Translations under genes and position numbers: made by a program | Notes under the pieces: model-generated | The model's database searches: none | What the model was told of the DNA's origin: nothing | The model's input: the letters and a program-made list of their open reading frames with translations, nothing else | Shown: piece by piece, positions 12,914-25,200 of the stretch | Layout of the letters: the number at the start of each line of letters is the position of its first letter | Numbering within the stretch: position 1 is the first letter of the stretch | Assembly (NCBI GenBank): GCA_050273025.1 | Contig: CP158635.1 | Location: forward strand, 5,642,001 to 5,706,000 | DNA length: 64,000 nucleotides | Origin: Cenococcum geophilum | Taxonomy: Eukaryota | Reading direction: 5' to 3'

Positions 12914-15900
12914 AGTAATAAGACACCGAAATAAGAAGCTGGTAGTAGAGGTTCGGTAGTAGGTACGTTTTAGCAGAGGATTAATTAATGTGGGCAGAAG
13001 ACGTCGCTAATTTTGAGCCTCATCTGAGGCCTTTTTAGAACGATCAACCGAACAGTCGGCTTCATTTCAGATTAAGTACAACTACCAGATTAAGCGCCAC
13101 TAATTATCTACTAATTGACGCCGGCGAAAGCACAGATCAACGTCAGATTGAAAAAGCTCCAGATTGCAACCGAACACGCCCTTAATAGCTACGGGAATAA
13201 CTATACGCTAGGTTATATAAATGGAAACAATAGGTAATAAGCTAGGGAGACGTAGGTGCCTTTTTAGCGTTTCTTACCTTTAATATTAGGGGGCTAGGCT
13301 AGCTATCCTAAGCCTTAATAGGCTAGAAGCGACGCTGCGTAATATTGTTAGGCTAAATAGGGATATAAGGGTTATAAGGGATATAAGGGAGAGGACGCCC
13401 TATAAGAAGACCCCTATAAATAGTAATAGTAAGCTTAAGACTAGGACAATTAAAAATTAGACTTAACGCGGTAAATATAATATTTATAGCTAACTTATAA
13501 AGGGTATATAGCCGTTTAGTAAGAATAGGGGAAGAACCGGAGATAATAATAGATTTAGATATAAAAGCGCTAGTAGGAATATAAGATATGGAAACGGAAA
13601 GCTTTATATAAAATAAGTAGTAACTAGGGTATAGATATAAGAGATAGAAGTTCTAAATATCCTAAAGAAAGTGAAAATAGAAGAAGTAAGGAATAAAGGA
13701 AAGACAAAGGACCCTTACTGGGGGTCCGCTACCTATCCATTATATAGTATAACTATGGTAATGTAAACCACCGTCTCGTAAGGCCCCTATTAGACAGTTT
13801 AGACCTAAAGAAATACTATATCCTTGCTATATAAGAGCCGTATTATAATACCTATATATAATTAATATACTGCCCCTAAGGATTTTAGCTCCTATATAAA
13901 CTAAAAGTAGCTATATATATATGCTTTATAATTAGTAAGGCTATTAGCCTATCCTTATAGTTATAGCAGATAGTTAACCTAAATATTATAATAATAATAA
14001 TAATCTAAATATATAGGTGTTTGTATCAACTTAATAATATAAGTAAGTTATATCTAGGGGCACGAAATACATATAGTATTGTATGCTCCTTTAGATGGTG
14101 GTAACTGTTAATTCTATTAAGGTAGACTATATAGTCTATATACTGACGCCCCCTCCCCCCTAATTAGTTATAAGTAAAGTGGTTAGTACACTAAACGCGT
14201 AGACACGCGTTTGGTATACTAGGTGCTGTAATTATATACTAGCGGCACTTAAAGATAGACCCACTTGTATATAGCCTCCGTAATTACCTTATTAGAACCG
14301 TAAAATATAAAAGAAATATATAGGAAATCCCTCCTAAGATGCCTTCTAAATGGTGCTCTAAGCTGGCCATAAGTCCTGTTTACGGTCTGTAAAATGAACC
14401 GTACGGCCTTTTAAGAGGCCGTAAATGAACCGCAAGTGCTCCATTAGTCTCGCTCCACCTATTCTATAACCCTTAGGTTAAGCTTATTTGTGTTAATTAG
14501 GGTTTTAAGAGCTTAGTACGGCTTTGCCTTAGTTATAGCGTCCGCTAGGTTATCTCCGCTGCTGATCCATTTAACCTCTATAATCTCACGTCATTTGTAG
14601 GCCTAATGTAAGCATATTAGGTCGACCATAAGCCTCTTCTCTTGTGTTATACCTAGTTTAACTATACAGTTATAAAGGGACTTTAAATTGGTGTATAGAA
14701 CTAGGGGTAATTGCTCCAATTATAGGATCTTCTGGATTGTTAACTTAATTATAGCTCCTATATTAAAGCTATAAGCTAGTGCGTATAACTTAGAAGCTAG
14801 TATACTGCGGGTTACTCATTTACACTTAATTAAAGATTAGTAGATTATATTTGCATCCTAATTATAGTCCATAAGTATAATTACGAAGCCGATTTGTAAT
14901 AATAGGTCCCTATTATTGGTAAAGGAGGCGTCTATAAATACTAGTAAGCTAAGGGAATTTAGGTCTAGTGGCATAAACATAAGTCCTCTTATTGCATTAT
15001 TAATTTGCCACTAAATACGTTTATTAAGCTGCTTAATATTTTCCTCTTATAGATCTATTACCTGGGCCGTAAAGGATAAATTATAGGTAGATTTAGGTTA
15101 ATAGACTATAGTAATATAGGCGCCTCTTATACGCTATATAATATATTAGTTCTTTATATTTATAGTTTTATAGGTCTCTTTACGGGAACTAGTAAGGTCT
15201 ATAGGCTTACTATAATAAGCTTTAGGTTTTAAGCTTAGCGTTTTTAAGTTAGCTAGATTAGGTTGCCCTTTTATATAATTAAGCCTCTATTAAACTTAAT
15301 TGAAGTTTGCTTAGTTAACTGCTCTTACAGCTTTGCTAAGAACTTTACCTCTTATAGTTTAGTCTCTTTAGTATCTATAAAAGTCCGGTCCGCTAAAAAG
15401 AGGGTATTATCCGTTTAGAGTCTAATAATACTAAGGCCGTTTAATAGGGTGTATAGGAGGTAGGGGTTATAGGTTAACTATTTTATTTTAAGTTTACTAA
15501 TATAATGCTAGTAATATATTTTAAACTAGTGGTTTCTAGCTTCCGGTACTCTATAAAGGGGTTTTATAACCTATAAAATTATTCCTAGTTATAAATTAAG
15601 CTTAAGGGGTAGTCGTATATAGATGTCTCTACTTAGGTAAATATTAGACTGCATATAGGCTTATAAGATGTCCCATAAGTAGAGGGCTATAGGTTTAGTT
15701 TGCTATAGTCTAGGTATAAGTATAAGTATAATCTATTAACTAACTTGTTAAATTATAGGCGATTATATAAGGACTAAGTCCTTTCCTTAGTTGTTATAAG
15801 CTTATATAATAAGCCTTAATTTCTTAAAGGCTTCGTTAGTATTAGGGTGCTTAATCTTATTAATAAAGTATAAGTTAAATATACGGACGCCTTATAGAAC

Positions 15901-16652
15901 GTCTCTCTCCGTTATAACCGTAAAGACGCCCTTTTTAAGTAGTCTATTAATCTCTTTATATTGTAAGTCTGTAAAAGGGGTTTCCTATACTAAGACTAAT
16001 TTATTTATAGATAGGAGTTGCCTTACGGATGTGCCTACGGAGGTTAGGTAATTCTTTATTATAGGGTTCTTAGTTATAGGGTGCTTTTAGGGGCGTCCTT
16101 AGCCACGCTTTATAGCAGGTTTAGTGGGTTTAGTAAGTTTATAGGGGACTTCTAGAGTAGGTAAGGGTGCTTCTAGTTTATCTAGTTTAACGTTATAGGT
16201 GTTTTTAGACCGAAAATAGGGGTTTACAGACGTGCTTCTAAAGCTAGTTAGTCCGCTAGAGAGTTATACGTAGTATATTTTATCTTCTATAGCTAGTAAA
16301 CAATAAGGTCTAGTCTAATTGCCGCTTTTATGCTATGTAAGGACTTTAGAGTTAAGTAGGAGGTTATATACTAAGGTTGTATTAGGTCTGTTATAGTGGT
16401 ATAGGGCGCTATTAATAGTTTATTTAGCCCGTAACTTAACTATTTCGGCTATTACCTTCCGTATTATAGCTGCTTAATCTATAATAAACGGGGCAAAAGG
16501 GTCCAGTTTGCCTATTCTTAGGTAGGCTCTATAAACTAAGAGGGTGGGTACTAGTCTATTAGGGCCAGCGGTGTTATTAACGGCTTTTATAGCCATCTGT
16601 AAAGCCAGTTCCTTTTAGATGTCCTTATACTCGTTTATAATAATTTAGTAAG

Positions 16653-18748
16653 GCCCACCTTCACCGCACATACAACCTTACCAAAAGGTAGCGCCACACT
16701 CTAAAACTTACGCATACCCATCTTACCATCAAAAACAATTGATTTTCCAACTTTTAAGACCTAATTCCTACCGCCTAGCGAGCTAGAGGTGGATTTATTT
16801 ATTATTTTACCCCCTTATCCCAACAGAAAAATTTCTCTAGGGGTGGTCCTAGCTTATAAGCGAGGCACGGATAGGAACACCAAAACCACTACTACTACCA
16901 CTAATATCAATACCAATAGGGGCTAGTCTTTCTACTCCCTTTTAGCCTAATCTCCCCAGAAATCTTCTAGTAGGATTAGTAAGGAGAAAGGGTATAAGGG
17001 TAGAAAAAACTAAGAAACCCCCCTATAAGATGCCAAAGTCTAATAGGCATAAAAAAAAACCTCCTATAGAAATAAGTGATAATGAGTCTACGACTATATT
17101 CACTTTTTCTGCCCCTTCTTCTTCTCCTGGCCTATTTGGGATAGGAGAAAAAAGAGAACATCCTCAGTCTTCTACTAAAAAAGAAAACCAAAAACCTGCA
17201 AAAAAGACAACAAAATTAATAACTTTTACGGCTGGTATACCTAGTATATCTTTCCCTCCCCTTTCTCCTAAACAATACCTATAAAAGGCCCTAGAAAGCC
17301 TAATACAGGCCTATAAAGGGCTAGAAGAAGAAAAAAAAGAAGAAGAAAAAGAATAAGTTAAATAGCTAGAGGACTATACACGGAGTATTCTAGCAGGAGA
17401 AAATCCCTTTATAAAAGGAAAAGAAAAGGCAAAAGATATCCTATAAGGATTAGTTAAAGAAGTAAGAGCTCTCCGTAAGGAGGTAGCTCCTACTAAGGAA
17501 ACCTACGCAGAGAGACTAAAGAAGAACCTCCCTTCCTCGTCCCCCCTGCCCTCCTTACCAATACTATCTCCTACCCCTTCTACTTCTACTAGAAGTAAGA
17601 AAAAGCAGCTATAAAAAAGGAAGCTAGTCCTTATTACAGACCAAAAGGACCAACCTTTAGATACCTTCTCTATACGAAACAAAGTTAATTAACTATTTGC
17701 ATTAAAACTGCAAGTAGAAAAACCTGTTTTAGCATCCATAGCTAGAACTAAAGGAAAATAAAATATTCTTCTTATAACTACGGAAGAGTATAATGCGGAT
17801 TTCCTAGTTAAATACAAGGAAATTTAGCATAATTGCTTTACTTTTTAAAGAGAACAAAAACTAGAACTATGGGTTTAAATTATAGCCCATGGGGTTCCTA
17901 CCCTACCTTTCCTAGGAGAAGGAGGCTTTAAGCTTCTAAAAGAAGAAATTAAAACCTTTAATCCTATAAGGATATAAGGACTACCTAGATGGATTTTATC
18001 TAGTGTAAAAAGACACGATCTACAGACCAGATTCGGCTCTATAGTTTTTACTATAGAAAACGAAGAAAAAAGATAAGAAATCCTTAAGCAAAAAGAGATA
18101 TTAATTGCAGGTACAGCTACTAAGGTAGTAAAATACCTCGAAGTCTCTCCTACTACGCAGTGTACGAGCTGCTAAAAATTTGGCTATATAGGAGACAGGT
18201 GCTCTACTAGGGCCTACAGATACTGTGCGGCTGCATATTTATCTAAAGACCATTCCTGTTCTACCTATATAATAATAGGCAAGCCTTACTAGCATACCAC
18301 CCCTCTTTATATTAATTGTAAAGAAAAACACTTTGCTAATAGTAAAGACTGTAAGACTCTTAAAGCTGCTAAACTAGTACGCGAAGAAGATTCTATAGAA
18401 GAATAAAAACAGATAGGATTTTAGAAGGAGGCAACTCCTACTAGGCTCTTAAAATAATATTAGAGAGCAAAAGGACAGAAATAAATTGCAAAAGGACAGG
18501 GACAGGGGTTAGGATTTCTTATAGTTTTTCTTACCATTTTCTCATTCCCTAGTAGTTGTAGTATCTTAGTATTTTACTAGGAAACTATAAACTCCTAATT
18601 TAGGGGTTTATAAACTACTAGGATATAGCTACTAGTACATATTAAGCTGCCTAGAAAGGATTTATATATATAGAACTATAGCGCCATAGCCTAAGGCTAC
18701 ATGCGTAGTATTGTACGTAGTATAATACAATGGATATAAAAAAAAAAA
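16653..18748 (+). mobile_element. Gag(ORF1)-only non-LTR retroelement with poly(A) tail, inserted in the Copia integrase
   Basis: Target duplication tttagtaag (16644-16652, 18762-18770). One ORF, ~330-nt 3' UTR, A-tail. No endonuclease or RT sequence. Confidence 0.85.
17030..18406 (+). pseudogene. LINE ORF1/gag-like nucleic-acid-binding protein (~458 codons) with C-terminal Cys/His knuckles, RIP stops
   Basis: ATG 17030 to TAA 18406 spans 1377 nt. RIP-reverted C-terminus: TQCTSCQKFGHTGDRC..CRYCAAAHLSKDHSC..C.NCKEKHFANSKDC. Confidence 0.82.
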
Positions 18749-21700
18749 TTTTTTTTTTTTTTTTAGTAAGCTCTCTATAGAGCTAGGTAAGCTTACTTAA
18801 TAAGCCTAATAGACTAGTACGCCTTAACTAGAACAGCTTTTATTAAAATAGCCATAGCTATAGCGTACTATTAGAATTCCTTACTAATAAAGTTCCTACT
18901 GGCGTTGTGGGTAATATACTTAGGGGGTCTAATGTATGTGTTAATCTAGCAGGTCCGTAAAATATTCTAAGTATATTTTATAGATATATTTTATAACTAA
19001 CAGGCGGCTTAATAGCGGGTTGTCTTGTTAATTATATATAATATTAGGCTGCCGTTAATATATATAATGTCTACGTATACTAAGTGGTTAAAATTAAGAT
19101 TCTTATAAAGAGTAAACTTAAATCGGCCTAGGGAACGTCCGTATTTCTAGTAAAAGGAATAGTATTTAGTTAGGTGGTTGATTGCCTTTTTATTAACGTT
19201 GTTATATCTAGAGCGTTTAAGGACTTTATATAGCTTTTCGGCTAATAGGTAGCCAAAACGGCGGTATAGGCGGTGGATTTCTATACTAGTAAGGTAGCAC
19301 GGGTTATAGTTAAAAGATTCCTAAATATAGGTCCGTAAAGTCTCTCCCTATATAAGGAATGGGTGTCTAAATTATTATATAATTGGTAAGGTAATATACT
19401 TACTTCCTAGGGCAGTTATAGGGCTAATTAAGGTATCTGTAATATTTTTATAGTAAACCTATAGCCTATCCATATCTGCGAGGCAAAGTAGAAAAGGGGT
19501 ATTTGCTTTTACTATATGGAAGTTAACTAGGCTAATTAGAGTCTTAACTGCAACTAATTTAATTAATGCGGTTAAGCCGATGCTAAATTAGACATTTATG
19601 GCCCTGGTTTACATAGTATTAATATCCGTATTATTATTTGTAGTGGTCTTATATATAAGGTATTGTCCGTAACCTATAGTAGACTTCTTAGAGGTACCTA
19701 TATTAATTATAACGCTATAGAATTCTTTAGGGGTATAGCGTTTTATAGTAATATATGTAAATAGGTCCTGTTTATAGTCTGTAATGTCTATAATAGGTCT
19801 AACGGGTATACTTATAGGTTGGTTTTTGGGTGCGATTAAGTGTATAAAGGAGCGGTTGGCTAATATAGTCATAACATTAAAGGCTTAGCCGTCCGTAAAA
19901 GGTTTAAAAGTAGTTAGGAACGTCTTTAAGGTCTCCTATTTCTAAGTATTTAAGTTAAAATTAATTATAAGGGCTTTTATTAACTTATTAGAAGACTTTT
20001 TTACTTCCTTTCCTTTATAGTTTAAGATAAACTAGTTAATCTAATTGTTAAATCTCTTCTTAGACTTATTATGTTCTTTCTAGGTATACCTTATAAACTA
20101 ATATTCTTTCTTACCGCATATAAAGCACTTCTGGCTAGTTTATCTATAGGGGTATGCTTTTATATAGGAGTTACTATAGGGGTTACGGGTGGGATTTAGT
20201 TGGTATAGGTACTGCTAGCGGTAGCGGCGGTCCGTAAAGTAGGCATCTAAGTTAGTTTATAGGTTTTATAGGTCTGTAATAAAGGCTTAAGTACTGCCTA
20301 GCGGGTTTAAGACTTTATATATTATAATAGAGGACCGTAAATTATTAATAAGGCCAGTTAAGGTGTTTATAGGCTTATAGTAGGTATATTTATAGGGCTC
20401 CACTTCCTAATAAGCCGTAATGAGTTTATTATACAGGAAGTTGTCTATTTAAAGCTTAATATTAAGGCCGTGCTATAGGTGCCAAAGGTTTTTAATAAGA
20501 ATTTATAGGCACTCTATAGTCGATTTTTTGGTATTCTTGTTAATTACAGTCCGTAACTTAATTGCATTCTATTAGGTAAGGATGTTACGCTTATATTTTA
20601 GCCCTTTAAAGTAGTTATATATAGCTTTATATAGCTTATTAAAGGGAGCACTAAAGGAGTTGCTCTTAAGGTTAGTGTAATAGTAGTTAAGGGCTAGGCC
20701 GCGTAGTATAGTAAAGTAGGCTTGGCTAAACTTCTGTTTAGGAATATTAGCCTTCTAGTAGAGGTCCGTAAAGATAGTTAGTTTAAAGTTAAAATTATTG
20801 TTTTTACCGCTATACTTAGATTTATCGGTATAGAGCTTAGCTAGGTTGGCTAGCTCCTTGCTATAGATCTTTACTTAGGTAGTTTGCGGATCTGTAACTT
20901 AAGTAATAGAAGGGTTTTAGTCCGTATTTTAGTTTACAGGGGTATTACGGTCTGTAACTTAAGTACTAGATATACTTTAGTCCGTAAAATTAATTCTAAG
21001 ATCTCTTTAGTCTATAGGGCGAATTTAGTTAAATAGGTCGTCTATAAAACCGGAGATCCTATTAAGTTTAAAAGAGGTAAAGAGTCCGCTGGTTTTAATA
21101 TAATCTAAAATCTACTCTTTAGTTTATTTTATTTAGTCCTCCTTATATAATATATTATATAGAGACCGTATAATAGTAACTTGTTTATCCTTTTTAACCT
21201 ATATACCTTAGTAATATAAGAGGGTTTATAGGTTACGGGTAGCTATAAGGTTATAAGCCTTAAAGATAGCTTCCGTAAAGTCCGTAAAGTCTTCCTTATA
21301 TTATTTCTATAGATCGTTATTTAGAAGCTTAAAGTGTCTATATTTAAGAATTTTAAAATTAATATAGTTATTAACGCCGTTTATAAACGTAAGGTTAACT
21401 CCCTAACTCTACTTCTTTTAACCTTTATTAATTTGCTTACTTATATCTGCCATATTATATAGCGTAGTATATTTATATAAGCTGTAACGGGTTAAGAGGA
21501 GCTTATAGCGGGTAGAGGAGGTCTTATAATGGTCTGTAAAATCAATTAACAGGTCCGTAATAGTTCGAGAGGTCTTATAATAGTCCGTAAAGGCAATTAA
21601 TAGGTCCGTAATAGTTTGTAGGAGGGTAAAAGGTTCTATAAAGGTCTATATTTGCGTTTATAAACTTTTAGTAAACTATACTAAGACTTAAATAAGTATA

Positions 21701-21906
21701 TAGAGATAGTAATATGGTCCGTAATCCCCAACTTCTAACCTTTTAGTAGGTCGTACTAGGATATAAACGGGTGGTTACTGTCATATATCGCTTAGGGGGA
21801 GGTATTAAATAATTGCTAATTTGTACGCGCTTACTGATTAGTGTTTGTATCAACTTAATAATATAAGTGAGTTATATTTAGGGGCACAAAATACGTATAG
21901 TATTAT

Positions 21907-22074
21907 CCCTTGTACGGATAGGGTGCTATATTCTATAGCCCATACGTAAAACATCAAAAACTTTTAAGAGTTTTGGTTTGGTGATGCGGCAGAACGACTT
22001 ACCGCCTATATATGCACCCTATTGATTGGTGCGCACGGGCCGCATTTTATAGGGCGTGTTTATCTATACAAGGG
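21907..22074. mobile_element. 168-bp MITE with CCC...GGG termini and 2-bp TSD inside the Copia 5' LTR
   Basis: TIRs cccttgtacggata / tatctatacaaggg. Absent from the sister LTR (empty site tattgtatgc, ~14077-14086). Flanked by at/at. Confidence 0.88.
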
Positions 22075-22271
22075 ATATGCTCTTTTAGATAGTGGTGATT
22101 ATTAATTCCATTAAGGTAAACTACGTAGTCTATATATTAACGACCCCTCCCCCCTAATTAGTTATAAGTAAGTAGTTAGTATACTAAACGCATAGATACG
22201 CGTTTAGTATACTAAGTGCTATAATTATACAATAGGGGACTGGTATAAATTATTAATGTATATAACCCTAG

Positions 22272-25200
22272 TGTCACGGCACTGACCTAACGCATACTGT
22301 TTCATACTGTCTCGTACTATTCCCTACTGTTAGCTGGCCCACCACTAGCGACTTGGCGGCCGGCCCTACTATTTATATACAATACCCCCTTTCTACCTTC
22401 TTCCCCTCTTTATACCACAACGTAGTTATTTAGTCTACTTTATTGCAGCACTGTAATAGTTTGTAGTATCTTTAATTTACGCCCTATCGCGATCACTGAT
22501 TCCCCGTACCTTAGCCAATTAACCTCTACCCTAGAGCAATCGCGACCTACGTATACCTCTGCTGAAACCGATACATCCCTAGCACAGTCCTAGAATAATC
22601 CTTAGTTTTTACCTAGCGCCTAGATAGGCGACACTAATAATGCCGAAATGGCCAAAACCTAGAACCCCCGCGACGTTTTTATAGACCTATTTATAGAGAT
22701 ATACCCCAATATCGCGTGGATAATCTGCTACTCCCTACTATACCCTAAAACCTTTAAGCCTAGCAAAGCTTACTTTACCCTTGTCGACTATACTAATAAG
22801 TTCCTTAATAATATTAAAGTAGGACTATAGTATATATATAATATAAACACCGCTAATAAGAAAGCTAATAAAAACCTTAGTACCCTTATTGCTTCCTAAA
22901 TAGGAACTATTAACTCCTAGATAAAGACTATTACCGTTTTAAAATAATTAACCCCTATAATAACGGTAGTAACCTAGCAGAAAAAACGGAGATCTAAAGA
23001 CCCGCTAATATTTAGCGGAAAAGGCACCCCGCTAGAATAATAAGCTAATTTTAAGACCTAGCACATTAAGATTAAGGGAGTCTTTAACTGGGACTGGGAC
23101 TACTTTAACACAGTTTAGTCTTAGATCCTTTATATCTTAGATATACTAGAGGACAAGGCCTATAAGTTTATTAAGTAGGGCCTAGAGCTTATATACGAGA
23201 ACCTAAATAATATATCTACGTGGAAATGGCCTACTAAGGAAGATATGCTTAAAGACCTTACTGCCCACTATAAGGTCCTTAATATAACCTAGGTCGCAAA
23301 GAATAAGCTTAACCATTTCCCCTAAGGCGAGCGTAATTACTAGTCCTAAAAGGGAGAGCTTAATAAGCTAATAGTCCGCGCTAAGAAGACAGACAAATAG
23401 AAGGTAGACCTACTTTAAAAGTTTATCTCTCTAAAGATAGAAGAGCTAGTACTTGGACTGGCCCATAAAATTAATAATAGCGACTATATAGGTTGGAGTA
23501 AGTAGATGGATATGTTCGCTAAGAATCTTGCGAACTATACATACCGAGCTAACCTTAAGAAGAACGCTAATTACCGCCTACCTGCCTAAGCCCCTGCCCC
23601 TATGTTAACCTTAACCCTAGCAGTGACTAGAGAACCTATAGACCTTAATAGAATCTTAGATATAAAGCGTAAGCGCCACATTAATAATAGACTGTGCCTT
23701 ACCTGTGGCCTGCCTAGCCACTAGAAGGATGCCTATAACCCCACTAAGATAGCAAACCTAGTCCTAATACTACCTTATTAAACGACGCAAATAAATAACC
23801 GCAGACGTGGCGACCGTAAAGTCCATTATAGACGCGGTAACCGCGGAGCCTATTATAGCCGCAGCGGATAACCCCCCCCTTTAACCCTATAGCTTAGTTA
23901 CTCCAAACCATACCCTATATAGGAGCCTAACCCGTTAATAACGCCTAGTATTAGCGACTTCGCGCTAGCGAATATAAACACGGCTACATTATTAGCGAGG
24001 TATTATTTTCCTATACCCTAACTAAAATAGAGACAGATACCGCCAGCTAGACGGATACTAGACCACCCTACTAAGACAGCCCCGTACCCTAGTTGTTAAA
24101 AGGTAAACCCTTAAACTAAGTTGCGCCTAAGGGTCTAAACCATATAAGAAGGAAGATGAGAAGATTAGGTCCCTATTACTAGATTAATTAGTCCTTTCTA
24201 TTAGTAAACTACTACTTAATCTTAGATTAGTAAATAGTGATAAGAAATTAATCCTTATTTAAACCTAACTCTCCTTATTACGTAACCTATACCCCTAAGT
24301 TTATATTAATATAGTAAGCCTAGTGGACTCCGGTAGTACTATAATAGCATTTGCTAACGCAGAGTCTATTATAAGAAAGTATAACGTTATAACTAAGAAG
24401 CTGCTAGCACCTAGGCCACTATACCTCGTAAATAGTATCCTAACTTTACTTATTACGGACTACTTTACCACCTAAATATTAATTAGCCTCTATACTAAAG
24501 CTATACTCTTTTTTATTACTAAACTCTCGCCCACTACCCTAATTATTCTAGGTATATTTTGGCTTTAGAAGCATAAGCCCCGTCCCAGCTTCAGGAAACT
24601 TAAAATCCGCTTTAACTTAGATTACTACTCTAGGCACTGCCTCCTGTGGGGAATAGCCGACGTTAGTAGGGACGCCCTATATAGATACTTAGCACTACTA
24701 AGCCTAGTGCCTAGGACTATATATAAAGCCCTAATAATAGAAGATGTTCCTAATAAAGGGGAGCCTATATAGCTATAAAGAAACGAGATAGTAGAAGACT
24801 AAACTAACCTAGTACTTAAGACCAAAATAACGGGCTAGCCAGCCCTGCCGAGACCAAGGAAGAAGGTCCGCTTTACACCACTACTACTAAGAAATTAACC
24901 CTAACCCAGGCACTATTTAAACCCTAGCCACCTAGCCTAATACCCGGAACTAAGCCATATACTATATACGCACACTATAGCTCGCGTTATAGTAAGGACT
25001 GGCTATAGAACTACCAAGACCTAGATAATAGAAACCGCGCTACCGTAACGCCTAACCTCATACCTATCTCCCACGCGTACTATATAGGGCCGCCGCCTTG
25101 TTTCCGCCCCCCTGGGCCAACTAAGCTATGCTAGCCTAGCCGTAGCACCAGAGAGTTAGATATGCCCTAACCTAGACAATATTAAATACACCCATACTAT

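Larger units (their letters stand above)
8032..13181. mobile_element. PIF/Harbinger DNA transposon, RIP-inactivated
   Basis: TIRs gggcgtgttcggtt (8032) / aaccgaacacgccc (to 13181). 3-bp TTA target duplication at 8029-8031 and 13182-13184. Carries the DDE transposase and Myb/SANT genes typical of the superfamily. Confidence 0.93.
14018..22231 (-). mobile_element. Ty1/Copia LTR retrotransposon, full length, RIP-inactivated
   Basis: LTRs 14018-14238 and 21842-22231 (the second contains a MITE). TSD atagg at 14013-14017 and 22232-22236. Minus-strand order: gag knuckle KCF.CGKKE (~20110), integrase LHRRFGH-like (~19255), RT KPLYGVPEA-like (~15550), RNase H (~14530-14710). Confidence 0.92.
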
